From assembly GCA_002256025.1 (NCBI GenBank), contig NKIB01013935.1, positions 1-49,652 of the forward strand: a stretch of DNA of 49,652 nt. Reading direction: 5' to 3'. This document shows, piece after piece, positions 12,062 through 23,849 of this stretch. The notes beneath the pieces are model-generated. The model made no database searches. It had not been told where the DNA came from and saw nothing but the letters and a program-made list of their open reading frames with translations. Origin of the DNA: Asterionella formosa. Taxonomy: Eukaryota. Positions within the stretch are counted from its first letter, which is position 1. Each line of letters begins with the position of its first letter. The position numbers were made by a program, and so were the translations under genes.

Positions 12062-13900
12062 GTCGCGATACTAGGAGGTAGTAACCGCACCTAGTAAAGA
12101 TCTGACTTGTTTTAGATTGGTAGGTGAAGACATATTAATCAATTCTCGGACCTTTTTAGACCAAGTTTTCAGTCCATTAGGAGTTAGCCAATAGCCTAGT
12201 AACCGATCTGTCTCTTGGACTGCCCGTTCACACTTGGATGGATTAATTGTGAAACCAGCGATTTAAAATAGTATCAAACGAATGTAAGTGATCTTTAAAA
12301 TTCATAGAAAAACAACCCACATCATCAATATACATTTCCACATCATCTTAATCACCAAGAACCTGTTCCATTGGTTTCTTGAGCAATGTCAGCACCCAGA
12401 TGATTGTTTCACCCCCATAGGGAGACGTAAATATTTATTTAAACCAAACAGAGTGGAAATAACACACAAATGTTGACTCTCCACATCTTATGCAAAAGTG
12501 TATTATTGCATAGAAAGATCCAATTTGGTGAAAAATGCATAGTCAGCTCGTGTAGTGAGAATAGTTTGTATTCGAGGTCAAGGATAAATATTGCAATTGA
12601 TGAATTTATTTAATTCACGAAAATCTGATACCCATCGGCCGGACTCTTCCATCCTTTTTGGGAATAATAAACAAAGTAGGAGATGCCCATATAGAAGCAC
12701 AACATTTTTGTATGACGCCAATATCACATAACCGTTGTAATTTGGTTTTGAAAACTTCTAAATGAATTTGGGCGACCGGATACTACGCTCAGTGATGACG
12801 GGAAATAGCATCTGATAATATATGCAAATGTACCTGCTCTTTATGGGGAAAATTTTTTAATTTGCCTTTAAATAATGTTTGATATTTAGACAATATACAT
12901 AGTTTGTAGATGGTTGTGACCGTTGAACTGTTGTCAAATGCACTTGTTCATCCACCACTGCTTTAATATCCACAAATTTTTATTCAGCAGCTTTAATGTC
13001 CAAAGCATATGAGGATTCCACAACAATAGATGCATCAAAATATTATAATACATTGCGTAAACACTCTCGATCATCAAAAAATGTGAGAGGATGCATAGGA
13101 ACAACAATATCCATACAAGACATGGTGTTATTTACAAAAGCAATGCATGGTTAAACCAACTTGACAAAGGAAATCACGTCCTAAAATAGCATCAAATGTA
13201 CATAGGCCTTTGAAAACTTGGCATTTTTGTTGTAAAATACAAGCAGATCGATTAGATTTGGGGAGAATTATATCATGTAAAATAACACTGGCATGAGATG
13301 AATAAGTAACAGGTAGTATCATGGTTTGTATTAATTGGGAAGTCTCGTTAGACAAAGGAATACCTTGAGGCATAACCCATTCATTCATTAAAGATAGGAA
13401 TCCTCCACTATCAAATAGTACCTGTAAAATTTTATGCATAGGGATAGCATCCACCAATCATGGTGCTAATGGAAACATCGGAATTAAATCAATAGATTCT
13501 AATGTGTCTTTAGTTGTGAAACAGGAGGAAACCGAAGTCGGAGCCTGGTAGCTATGATTAGTTTGGAACATCATGTCGATCTATACATTTATATATGTCC
13601 CGCATTACGGCAACAGCGGTATCCATTGTATATTCAACCTGGAAGTAAACATTATTATTTAGGCGATTACAGACGTGATTCATGCTCAACAAGGAGTCAT
13701 TATAAATAGCATCACTATTATCATACATACCTCTGTGATGGTGATCAGCATTCTGCTGTTGTGTAGTACCAGGGACAAAAGCCACTCACTGACAGGCAGG
13801 TGGGTTCATGACCACTGAAATTTCCTGGGCAGATGTATTCTTGTTAGGATTGGCACGTGGCATGGTACCAGGTACCACAACCGGATGGATGATCATTATT
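12062..13900 (-). mobile_element. Degenerate Ty3/Gypsy gag-pol remnant (protease and RT), copy 1
   Basis: Aspartic protease VLFDSGG...AILGRDFL (13128-13457); RT EMYIDDVG (about 12310-12345); [17 protein letters not shown]...QVRSLLGAV. Many stops. Confidence 0.9.
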
Positions 13901-14068
13901 ACCCCATTCATTTAACATACGAGCAAGTGGAACAGAAAGGTCCAGTAATTGCGCCTTCTGCGCGCTTTTTTGGTTTCGGCCCGTCTGCAGGGCATCGAAG
14001 CCACAATGGACCAATGGAGTTGGCTGACTTTCTAGCCAATGGTTTTTTCTTAAGTAAATTCAAATTAT

Positions 14069-14290
14069 AACCTTAATTACAAAAAGGTAATAACTTCTAA
14101 ACCAAGCCAACTTACAGTGAGAAAATTTTTTTTTAGCAATGAGCAAATGCTCGGAGCAATGAGCAAAATTTTCGTGTAGTGAGCAAAAAATTTAGCGATT
14201 GAGCAAAAAAGGTAGGGATAAAGCAAAAACGATGAGGTTAGAGCAAAAGCAAAAAGTAATGGGCAAAAAATAAAACCTCGTAGTTTTAGG
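14069..14290 (+). repeat. Array of (G/A)AGCAA(A/T) motifs, probable transposon subterminal region
   Basis: About ten co-oriented GAGCAA/AGCAA motifs with irregular spacing; a similar array is at 29481-29650. Confidence 0.55.
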
Positions 14291-15596
14291 CTGAAACAAT
14301 TTCGTCTTCATTCGTCGGAATTACCGTGTAGAGCAACAATTAAATTCCGGTAGTAAATTCTATGCAATACCGGTCATTGAGCAATTTTAATTATACCACC
14401 GTTATTTGCTTGAATGAGGGGCCGATGGGAAGTGCGTACATAACCTGCGTTTTCATCAGTGCGTATGCTATATCAAATACCAAGCCATTTTGACGAGTCG
14501 CATTGTATCAAACAAGCGCGAAGTGGCAGATGGTGCAGATGATGCTTCGTTGCATCAGGCACGTCATGCAAGTTCACTGCCCTCATGATTCTGGTCGCAT
14601 AAATACAAACCAGTATACCTGGTACTGCTGAGAATTTGAGTATCGAAAACGTCGTACGTTGCAATCAGAACTTGTTTTGGCTCATAGAATGGTACGATTC
14701 TTTTATCCACATTAATTACTATAGCAGGTTCATTACCCAAACCACACCATATTCAGCTGAAAGACCTTACAAAATCAAAATTTAGTATTGTCCTATCACG
14801 CAATTAGTGAATGAACAACTTTTCATCTCGACGCCGAAAGAACAAAGAAAGCAATACAAACAAACTTGTTTCTACCATTGTGAGGAAGGAATAAAAGGGC
14901 AAGTGGCGTTTCAAGGTGTAAGTGAAACAAGAAATGTTTTGCCTTTCCTTGTTGACTTGAACAGTGCTTGTTACCATTCAATGCTACGACGACTCCTGTC
15001 ATGATAATTGAGTACTGGGTTGAAATATAAAGGACGACGAATGCCATTTATGATTATGCATCGCAGAATCATGGTACAAATGCTGCATTCTTGGCATTGT
15101 TACCGTTGATGCTTTGTTCCAAAATGATTCGTTCCAACATTGGTTGGCAATATTGAGAAGTTTACCATCTTTGTGGATTTTGGAGCCTAAAAGCATCGGT
15201 TTTCGCACAGCCTTTCGGTAAAAATCTTTTGATCGTTGTTTCGTCATTCTCGTCGCCTGCAATGATTTTGCCCCGTTTTGTCGCCATGGTTGGAGCTGCA
15301 TATTGGCACTCTCATCCACCTCAGGTGAAAGTGATGAGAACACTAATGACCACCGATGCGAACTGTACGCACTTATTGATTTGATTTACTATGATGATGG
15401 GCTTGAGCTAGGTTCCCACTAAAAAATTCAGGCGCGTCAGGGGGCTATTGATGTTATGATGCACTCGTTTCGAAATGACGTCGTTGATGTCGTCCCCCAC
15501 CTATTATTCACATTTACTTACATGTCGCTCTTGGTAAATCGCAGCGACAGGCAAGTACATCAATTTAAATTAAATGCGAACATAAAATATTCTCGG

Positions 15597-18455
15597 ATGA
15601 CAGATCAACAGCACCAACAGTCGATGGCCGGAGTAGGATCTGTTTCACAATATCAGAGCGTACCCGTTGGACAAGCCAGTCAACAAGGTCAGATGAACAG
15701 AGACTCCATTATGTCGGCACCTACAGACCTTTCTCCTCATGTAATGAGCATCATGAGGAATCCAGGGGCTTCCATGTTTCAGCCCCAAGTTCTGATGAAT
15801 AACCCAGGAGCCTACTTTGTCGTTCCCGATATGTTTGCTGCTCAAATGCATGCGTCATGCCAGGTTAATGGAGCTCAACAAGTGCAAGCTGGACATTACG
15901 CGACAAGCCTTTCAAATTTGATAGGAAATCAGGTTGTCTCAAACGGATTCACTGGGAACCACCAGGTGCAGCAACAAGTTGCTCATCCTGGCCCTACTTA
16001 CATGCAACAACCGCAGCAGCAAATGCAAGCAAACCTACATGTTCTACAAGCTGCCCCTCAGCAGCAGCAACAACAGCTACCCAAGCTTGCTCCCACCATT
16101 ATGTCAGCACCACAAAACATGGCACCGATAGCTCCCCAATCGGCAAACCTGGGTGCAATACCCGTTTTACCACCATTTTCATCTTCTGCTCTCCAGGTTG
16201 TTTCATCGCAATCGGGATCGAAAACTGGTTCCAACAAGGATGGCGACAAGGCACCCCGTGAAAAGGGAGAGTTAACAAATGCCCAAAAGGCAAAGCAAAA
16301 TCGTGATCGAAATCGAGAGCATGCTCGATCGACGCGCCTTCGGAAAAAAGCTTATGTCATGAAGCTGAAGGAGTTGGTGGAGGGTTTGCACTCGGAACGA
16401 ACTGAGGAGTCAAGAAAACGAAGAGTCGCTGTTCAGCATTTAGCTGAAGTGCAAGGTGTACGACGAGCCGTAGTTAGATCGTTTTTGAGGTTTCACTCGA
16501 GCTACGAAAGTGATTCCAGAAAGTGGTCAACCCTCGTAGAGGATGAATTCTGGTTCAAACAGCCTGTCACTCCTTATAGATCATTTCGTCGTGTCGAGAT
16601 TGAACAGGACTGTCGGATCTCGCGAGGTATAGAAGCAATGATATCTGACGCTGCTAGTATGTCCGTTATGACGGAGTGTATTGGATCAAGGAGCACTCGT
16701 TGGATGCAGATAAAGCGCGAGGAAGTTCGTCATCGAGACCCATTGAGATTGGGATCATCAAATATGCCTCAGAGTATCACAGGCCAGGGCAGCCGGTTGA
16801 ATCATGCGATTTCAAGTCTTTCGTCAAGTTCTGGATCGTCGAATAATTCGGGCGGGGAGGAGGATCGATGCGCAACAAGAAAGCATCAATCACAGCACCA
16901 CTCAACCTCCGGTCTCATGCAGCAAGGACAAGTCGGAGTTGACGGAGTTCCCAATGCAAATAATGTCAGCTCGTCGAGTGGGAGTGGGAGCGATAGCGGA
17001 AAGAACATCAATCCTTCGAATGAATATCATGACTATCATGCTCAACCACTCCCCGATCCAATGTTGGGAGATTCAGAAGAAAGTGGCGCAGCTGATGATT
17101 CTGCGGGAGACTCCAACAATAGCATGAATGGCAATGCAAATGGTGCCAACGGCGGCAAGGTTAGTTCTGATTCATCGTCAGGTGACGAAGATAAGTCAAC
17201 AGAACAAGGTGCTTCAAAACGGAGAAAGTCAGAAGAAGCACAGATCAACAGCAATAATAAACACACAATTTTAGAGCAGGTCCCCATCAATGGCGTTGAG
17301 GCCACTGTTGCTTTCACAGCAGGGGCTGCTGCTGCGCGGGCGATTGGAAGTGGTTTGCCGCTCAATATTGCGAAGTCTGGAGGAATTTCGCACACGGTTC
17401 GCGCTGTTGCTGCTCCCCCAAAACAGAGTGGCAATGTGCGACTGAGCACCGCTCCTGCAATCGTTCTTCCCCCTTTCATGGGGATTGGCAAACGACTCAC
17501 GGTAGCGAACCCGTGTGTGACTGCCATTGTACCTCCGCCTCCATTGGTTTCGCATACTTCTGATGTTCCTTGTGCGGCATCGATACCAAAACATGCTCCC
17601 AAAGTTGCTATGATGGCTCCGACAGCCGTAAGTCTTTCCACGGGCCGTTATTCCTTGTCGGCGTCGGATGGCGGCGTCAGTAACGCATTTGGAAGTGCAT
17701 CTGTTTGTGGAACAGCGACAAACATTGTCCATGATGCGGACTCATCATCGAGCCATTCGTTGAAGCAATCACCACAGATCCGAGCATACTATCATGTCAA
17801 CGAAGACGATATGATTTTGACTGAGGATGTCTTAATGTGTCCATTCATCTTCCGATCCCAAGATGCTGTTTTATGTGGTGCTTTGGCTGAGTGTGTTATG
17901 CCAGGTATGCTCCGTGCACGCTTTTCTAGTCGCAACAAGTTGATGAGTTTGGAAATGGTTTACGACGCCATGGGGTATATGCAGCAGCTTGAGCGAGCCT
18001 CAGGATCAGAGGGCAACGCCCAAATTATACCGGGCAGCCTTGAAATGGCTCTCTCTCCAAACACGAACGAATCACGGGTAATTACCCTTGCAAAGTCCCC
18101 ATTCTTGATTGTCAGTGTCAATGAAGCATGGACCCGAACTACCAAGTACACTCAAATGGAAGTTGAGGGAAAAGAATTCAACATTCTACATGGCGAACAA
18201 ACAAATCATGATGCTGGTATGCGCAAGGGCAAGCCATTTCATAAGTTCGACGAGGTCGCAAAGGGTCGATGTGCTTGCTCTACTAACATTCACTATGACA
18301 AGGAGGGCAAAGAATTCATTGACTTTGTGTGTTCGTATCCTTTGACGAATGCTCATGATGATATTACTCATATTCTTCACATCTCGAAAGAGTTGCCGGC
18401 CCCAACCAGTCCGACCACGGGTTTCCAAGAATTTCGCTCCGAGGGGGGGCAGTAG
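15597..18455 (+). CDS. bZIP transcription factor with Q-rich N-terminus and C-terminal PAS domain (diatom bZIP-PAS type)
   Basis: Single long ORF (open from 15456; likely start ATG 15597, MTDQQH). Basic region NRDRNREHARSTRLRKKAYV plus zipper. C-terminal PAS-like RVITLAKSPFLIVSVNEAWTRTTKYTQMEVEGKEFNILHG. Confidence 0.92.
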   Translation: MTDQQHQQSMAGVGSVSQYQSVPVGQASQQGQMNRDSIMSAPTDLSPHVMSIMRNPGASMFQPQVLMNNPGAYFVVPDMFAAQMHASCQVNGAQQVQAGHYATSLSNLIGNQVVSNGFTGNHQVQQQVAHPGPTYMQQPQQQMQANLHVLQAAPQQQQQQLPKLAPTIMSAPQNMAPIAPQSANLGAIPVLPPFSSSALQVVSSQSGSKTGSNKDGDKAPREKGELTNAQKAKQNRDRNREHARSTRLRKKAYVMKLKELVEGLHSERTEESRKRRVAVQHLAEVQGVRRAVVRSFLRFHSSYESDSRKWSTLVEDEFWFKQPVTPYRSFRRVEIEQDCRISRGIEAMISDAASMSVMTECIGSRSTRWMQIKREEVRHRDPLRLGSSNMPQSITGQGSRLNHAISSLSSSSGSSNNSGGEEDRCATRKHQSQHHSTSGLMQQGQVGVDGVPNANNVSSSSGSGSDSGKNINPSNEYHDYHAQPLPDPMLGDSEESGAADDSAGDSNNSMNGNANGANGGKVSSDSSSGDEDKSTEQGASKRRKSEEAQINSNNKHTILEQVPINGVEATVAFTAGAAAARAIGSGLPLNIAKSGGISHTVRAVAAPPKQSGNVRLSTAPAIVLPPFMGIGKRLTVANPCVTAIVPPPPLVSHTSDVPCAASIPKHAPKVAMMAPTAVSLSTGRYSLSASDGGVSNAFGSASVCGTATNIVHDADSSSSHSLKQSPQIRAYYHVNEDDMILTEDVLMCPFIFRSQDAVLCGALAECVMPGMLRARFSSRNKLMSLEMVYDAMGYMQQLERASGSEGNAQIIPGSLEMALSPNTNESRVITLAKSPFLIVSVNEAWTRTTKYTQMEVEGKEFNILHGEQTNHDAGMRKGKPFHKFDEVAKGRCACSTNIHYDKEGKEFIDFVCSYPLTNAHDDITHILHISKELPAPTSPTTGFQEFRSEGGQ

Positions 18456-20032
18456 GATTTCAGGGTGTGCTTACACTTGTCTAATGCACTTCTTGATGAG
18501 TAGTTAGTGGTATGCAACAGTAATAACTATTATCACCATATAACCTGTTAGTTGTTAGACTACCTGTAATCCATTGAATATATAATACTAAGTATTGCTA
18601 TCAATCCCATGGCTGGGTGCATATACCAGAAATGCAAGGTAGTCTTGTGTAGGCACGCTTTGTCAATGAATTGCTACCCTGGTCATTAGTGGTTTTGCGC
18701 AATATTCCGCTTTCTAAAATAAAGCCAATCACCATGTTGGTCATTCATTCTTGTTTTCCTGTTGTTGCTGCTGCTGCTGTATTCATCATTCTTTTAACTA
18801 GTTACAGTCCCCTTTTTAAGGAGAAGCAGCAGTCCAAACCAAAGTTCCTCATTCTGACTTGCTTAAGTTGCTGGTCAGTACCATCACATCTCTCCATGAC
18901 CATTGGTTACCTGCCCATCAAGCCATTGTGGACACACATGCACCTCTATGTTTCAAGGTTTCAGATGAGATTGCTTTTTGGTTCTCACTATGCTATTGGC
19001 AAGAGCTACTACCACAAAATTGGTTAACCTGCAAATGGAACAACCCAGAATGGTCAAGATTGACATTTCGCTTTTGTCACATTCTTTTTCAGTGATGCAT
19101 GGCTTCATTTTCATCATGGTAATCAAACCTGCTGCCTCAGAAGGCATGCTAACCACTCAGCCACTCCTGCATATATACTGGTATATATATATTCACTGAT
19201 CACCATAACTGTTTGTTCAAAAATGGAAGAAAAACAATTATAACCAACAACTACTAGGTCCATTATTATGAACGACCTACAGGCAGACACTGCCAGCACC
19301 ACAGAATGTTTAACGTCATCCTTCAGCTGATACATGTGAAGGGAACTAATTAGTTTTGCTTGCACTTAGATAACCACTTATAATAAATAGGATAGGATTT
19401 ACGAATTGTCCTGTCCAAAGGTACTTTCAAGAACTGTATCATAAAAGTTGCAATGCTCTCTGGATAGGTGCACTATCCTGATATTTTCCCTTTGCTATGT
19501 TATGTTATTTGGTCTAATAACCTGATAGATATAGTATCCCCTTTCTACATTTTTTCTACAAAAAAGCTCATACTACCTGGTATCTGTTTAGAATTTACAC
19601 TTTTTAGCCAAGTATAAAGGCGAAAATAATAAGGACTAGTCTAGTACGAAAAAGAGTAGGAAGGAATTCACTGTTAGTCAAGCTAGATTGGTTTCAGTGC
19701 TCCCTTTGGGGAATTGTCAGGCAAAGGCGTCATCACCATGGCGAAGCAGCAAATGTTCACAGAGGGTCATAACGATACAACTAAACAACCAAGATTATCG
19801 GCAACACATCCTACTACTACTGCAAAGGCGATGAAACTATGCGAGGCAACAGAAGCGAAACCGAGAAAAATACAAGCAATTAACGCAATCAGCTACAAAT
19901 GCGATGATGTGGAAAGTGCGCTTGCACCAAGAACGGCGGCATTTGAGGGAAAGCTTGCAAAATCAAGAGAAGCAAATGGCTCTGAACTACAAAACACAAC
20001 AACAACAGCTCAGGCACGCACTATGCATCTGA

Positions 20033-20956
20033 CACGCCCTTTATGGCACTTTTTCGAATTTATGTCTAAAGTGACGTATTATGCTACTTTTCTAAAATAT
20101 TATGTTACTTTTTCCGTAAATTATTCATGTTCAACAAAAATTTATTTCACTTATCGAAAAATTATGTGATCACACAAATAATTATGTGTGTTTGTGACAA
20201 TATGCATATGTTGACCAACCAGTCATCACAACAGTATAAAAGCGAAATTATGCTGCTCCAAGGCAATATTATGCTGTTTTTAGTCTACCATATAGTGAAA
20301 GAAAGAGTCGCCAATTCCGATTCACTTATTAGTTTTTCTACTCCGACATATTTCTTTGAACTGAACTGGCAAAGAACAACCCATGCAAGAGGAAGATTCA
20401 CACAGAAGAATTCAGCACACGTAGTAGTATTAGTATTAGTAGTAATAGTAGTAGTAGCAGTAGTAGTAGTAGTAGTAGTAGTAGTAGCAGTAGTAGTACT
20501 AGTAGACACACTATAGCACATTGTTTAGTCATTGTTGATTGTAGAGTTTACCATAACAAACCAGATTAGAAATAAAGCATCGTTGCTTCTTGGTCCTAGT
20601 TGAGCATCGTTGAGCCTTGCATGTTGCCGTAGTAGTGAGTTAGATTGAGATGTGTCGCAATGGCATTCTCCTTTTCGGAGTGGCTACAAATAGTAGTCTA
20701 CAGCAATAACTGTAGCAATTACAATATGAGAAAAGAAGCAAAGGATGAGTAGCAGTCAATGATGATCGATTTCGTAAATTTGTTTAGAAACAGCTATTTT
20801 ATATTTTAACATTCAATGCATGTCGCCGTAGTGACTCGAAATTGAGATGTCCCGCAATGGCCTTCTCCTTTTCGGATCGGCTAGATTACGTCTACATTGA
20901 TAACGGTGGCAAGAACGATTTGATAATAGAAGCAAGGACCGAGGAGCTGACGAATA
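20033..20956 (-). mobile_element. Dispersed repeat, copy 2 (inverted homolog of 1-1056)
   Basis: GGCACTTTTTCGAATTTATGT.TAAAGTGACGTA is the reverse complement of about 1011-1044. Collinear similarity continues through about two diverged 194-bp units. Confidence 0.85.
20421..20504. repeat. (GTA)n microsatellite, imperfect
   Basis: Run of GTA/GCA/TTA triplets; expanded relative to the short (CTA)n run at about 622-634 in copy 1. Confidence 0.95.
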
Positions 20957-22363
20957 TCAACTTCATTGAATTCAACCTCGTCTTCATATCCTGTATTTTT
21001 CGCCCTTTTTTGCACTTTTTCTGCACACCAGTCAACACACTCCAAAAATATTTGATGGATTGGAATTTTGGTTGCTACAGCACTGGTCATGCATCAGTCC
21101 CCAGCAAGCACCGAATGTTGTATACATCGTGATGACCAATTTGATAAATATACATTCGTTCTGAGCATATCGACATTTGACATGAAGGCATGTGTACATC
21201 GGATGCTACATTAGATAGTAATCGGCTTCAAATGGGTTGAGAAATATGGATTGGTATGTTGGTTCCTAGCTGCATCACTGATCATCTGTCCACAACAAGC
21301 AAGCACCGAAAATTGTACACATCCTGATGACCAATTTGATCAATACTGACAAAGCATAGACTGCGCCAAATTCTTCTGAAATACAATGTACACAAAATTA
21401 GTACAAAATGAATGTCAACAAGAAGGAGGACCGTCCATGCCAGGTTTCTTTTACAAAAAGGAGCTGCTGGAATGCAAGGAACAAAATATCACATTCATGG
21501 TAAATTGAAAATTTGTTTTTTTTGGTTATTGTTGTCCTTGCTGTCTTTTTTGCTAACACTGCTGTGTTCTCATTGTCATTGTCGCTGTCCCTGTTGTTTC
21601 TGATGTTATTTCTCTTGTTCTTATTGTTTGAAACAAGGCGCTGTCTGGTGATGCGTTGTGGTTACTGTGGCTGTATCACAGAAAGGATGAATCTGAAAGT
21701 TCGAGAAATATATGGTAAGCAGTTGTTAATATTTTGGGAAATGAAAACAGGTCCTGTGTTACATTGTTGTTGGTTCTTCTTTGTCTTGTTGCTCTGCATC
21801 GTCGTGTTCTTCGTCTTGCGTTCGGAAGCATGTTTGATTGTTGTAGTAGTTCCTCTACTTCCATTTCATTCTCTATCTTGCGTTTGGAATTTTAACAGTG
21901 GTCAGTCATGAACTTACTCTGCGAACCTTGTTCTTTTTCTTCAGACAATCAACCTTTTTTTGGCAGGACAGGGTTGAACCTTGGGAAGAATGAAATGCAT
22001 TTGTGTCAGGCAGGCTATCAATCATTTTTTTTCGCATTGTCGAAAGGATTCCCCTGGTGCAAAGGGGACGAATATATATATGGTAAGCAAATGGTAAGCA
22101 AATGGTAAGAAAGTGCAATGTTTTCTTGCCTTTTGTTGATATTGTTTGCTGCTGTTGTGGATCTCCTCTCGTCCTATTCTCCTTCGTCGTTGTTCAGACA
22201 TGCATTGCTTACTTGTAATGAAGTAGAAGAAGGCCTTGCTTGTGTGCTTGTTACCTGTCAATCATGAACTTACTCTGCGAAGGCTATTCTTTTTTTACAG
22301 ACAATCCGTCAAGCGAGGGTCTTGCTACTGGGAATCAGGGAGCATCAGGGTAAGGAAAGAATA

Positions 22364-23324
22364 CATTTTTTGCATAAAAGTGTCCGAAAATGCATAAACC
22401 GTCAGTCAGGGGAGTTCGTGATCATTTCCGCGATGCGAACTTTTTATTCGCGTAAAGAAAAAGCAGTGTATTGTTGAATGGGTGAAAGTATGTCTATAGT
22501 AAACTTTCAAATGACCTCATCAAGAAGATTCCATAGAACTATGGACCACGACAATTAGTGCTTACATGAAACTCACTAAAAAATGGATGTAGTGGAATTT
22601 GTTGCATCTTGAAATGTTGTACCCTCTCCGAGAATGCTGTCGCTCAAGTTTTCTCATCTATTTCTACAAAAACATAGACAACCTTATCTAGTCAAAGTTA
22701 TCAAGCTAATCACCGCGAAGTCAATACTGTCTCGGGTTTTGGTCATATCTTCAAAACTGAGCAAATGACGAACAGAAACAACTTCCAGCGCCAACTTCAA
22801 CTTTTTGTTGTCAATACTAGTGCAAAAATTTTATTATTGAACGATAATCTCGTCTATATTAGTCTACATACACGTGCGAAATAGGAATTGCTCATTGTCA
22901 ATATTCGTGAAGATATTCAACTCCATAATTTCGTCATGGTCAAGATGGAGTTGCTGTCTCATCAACCCCATACAGTAGTATGTACGCCAAACATATATAC
23001 CCGTAATATGTAACGCTATATACGGAATGTACAAAGTATATACAAGGTCTGTTGCATGTATGATGTGTTCCATGTCGAAACCGTAAGTACATCTGATACA
23101 TTATGCATCCGATTTCTTGACAAAATGTACAGCAGTACAAATATATTTTTATTTTTCGATTTTCAATATACTAAGTAAAAAGAGTCATTGAAAATCTAGT
23201 TAGGAAAAGTTTCTATCATTGATAAAAATTATTATCGATTTGCTATAAATTTAGTCAAAAAAGTAATCCCGAGTTCCCCCGACTAACTCATAATGCATTT
23301 TCGGACACTTTTATGCAAAAAGTG
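22364..23324. mobile_element. Non-autonomous Tc1/mariner-type element (MITE-like), 961 bp
   Basis: 32-bp TIRs CAYTTTTTGCATAAAAGTGTCCGAAAATGCAT (22364-22395 and 23293-23324, one mismatch), TA on both flanks, no convincing ORF. Confidence 0.92.
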
Positions 23325-23849
23325 TAATGGACCTCAGGGTAAGCACAACCAAAACGATGCCTTTGTAACAATTGTTTTTCCATGAAGTCACTCTACAAAT
23401 GTTTTTCACTGATTGCAGACAGTCAATTTGATGAGGGCTGGGTTGGCCATGCATTGGTGAGCGAACATGGTAAGGAGAACACCAACAGAATCGAAATCAT
23501 GGCATCGCAACTTCCGTTTCTCATCAACTCACTCTGCAAACAATGTTACCCTCTTTTTACCGAGAATCCATATGAGCAATGAGAATGGAGGGCAGCTGGT
23601 GCAGTTGCTATGAATTGATCTACCAGTAGTATTAGTTACAGAGATTCCTGCATGTATGAGTAGCCAAGCAAGCGATTACTTACAGCATCCAGCTGCAATA
23701 ATGAACATGCATTGCTTGCTTGTCTAATTATTGGTTTGAGAATCGCGTTCTATAGAAAGTATCAATATAAAAATTATAATGTAGCGATTAATTTGATTGA
23801 CTTAATTTATCATTCTTGCTCCTGATTGACTCAATCCCAACAGTGAGGC

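Noticed and set aside
17042..17732. Antisense ORFs of 199 and 153 aa
   Set aside because: Shadow frames of the bZIP CDS with no motifs; the same applies to antisense ORFs over the other genes.
15456..18455. Aureochrome (bZIP-LOV) call
   Set aside because: No GRNCRFLQ motif, and the PAS domain is far from the bZIP.
20127..20521. Poly-Val/poly-Thr ORFs resembling membrane or mucin proteins
   Set aside because: Artefact of the GTA microsatellite within a repeat.
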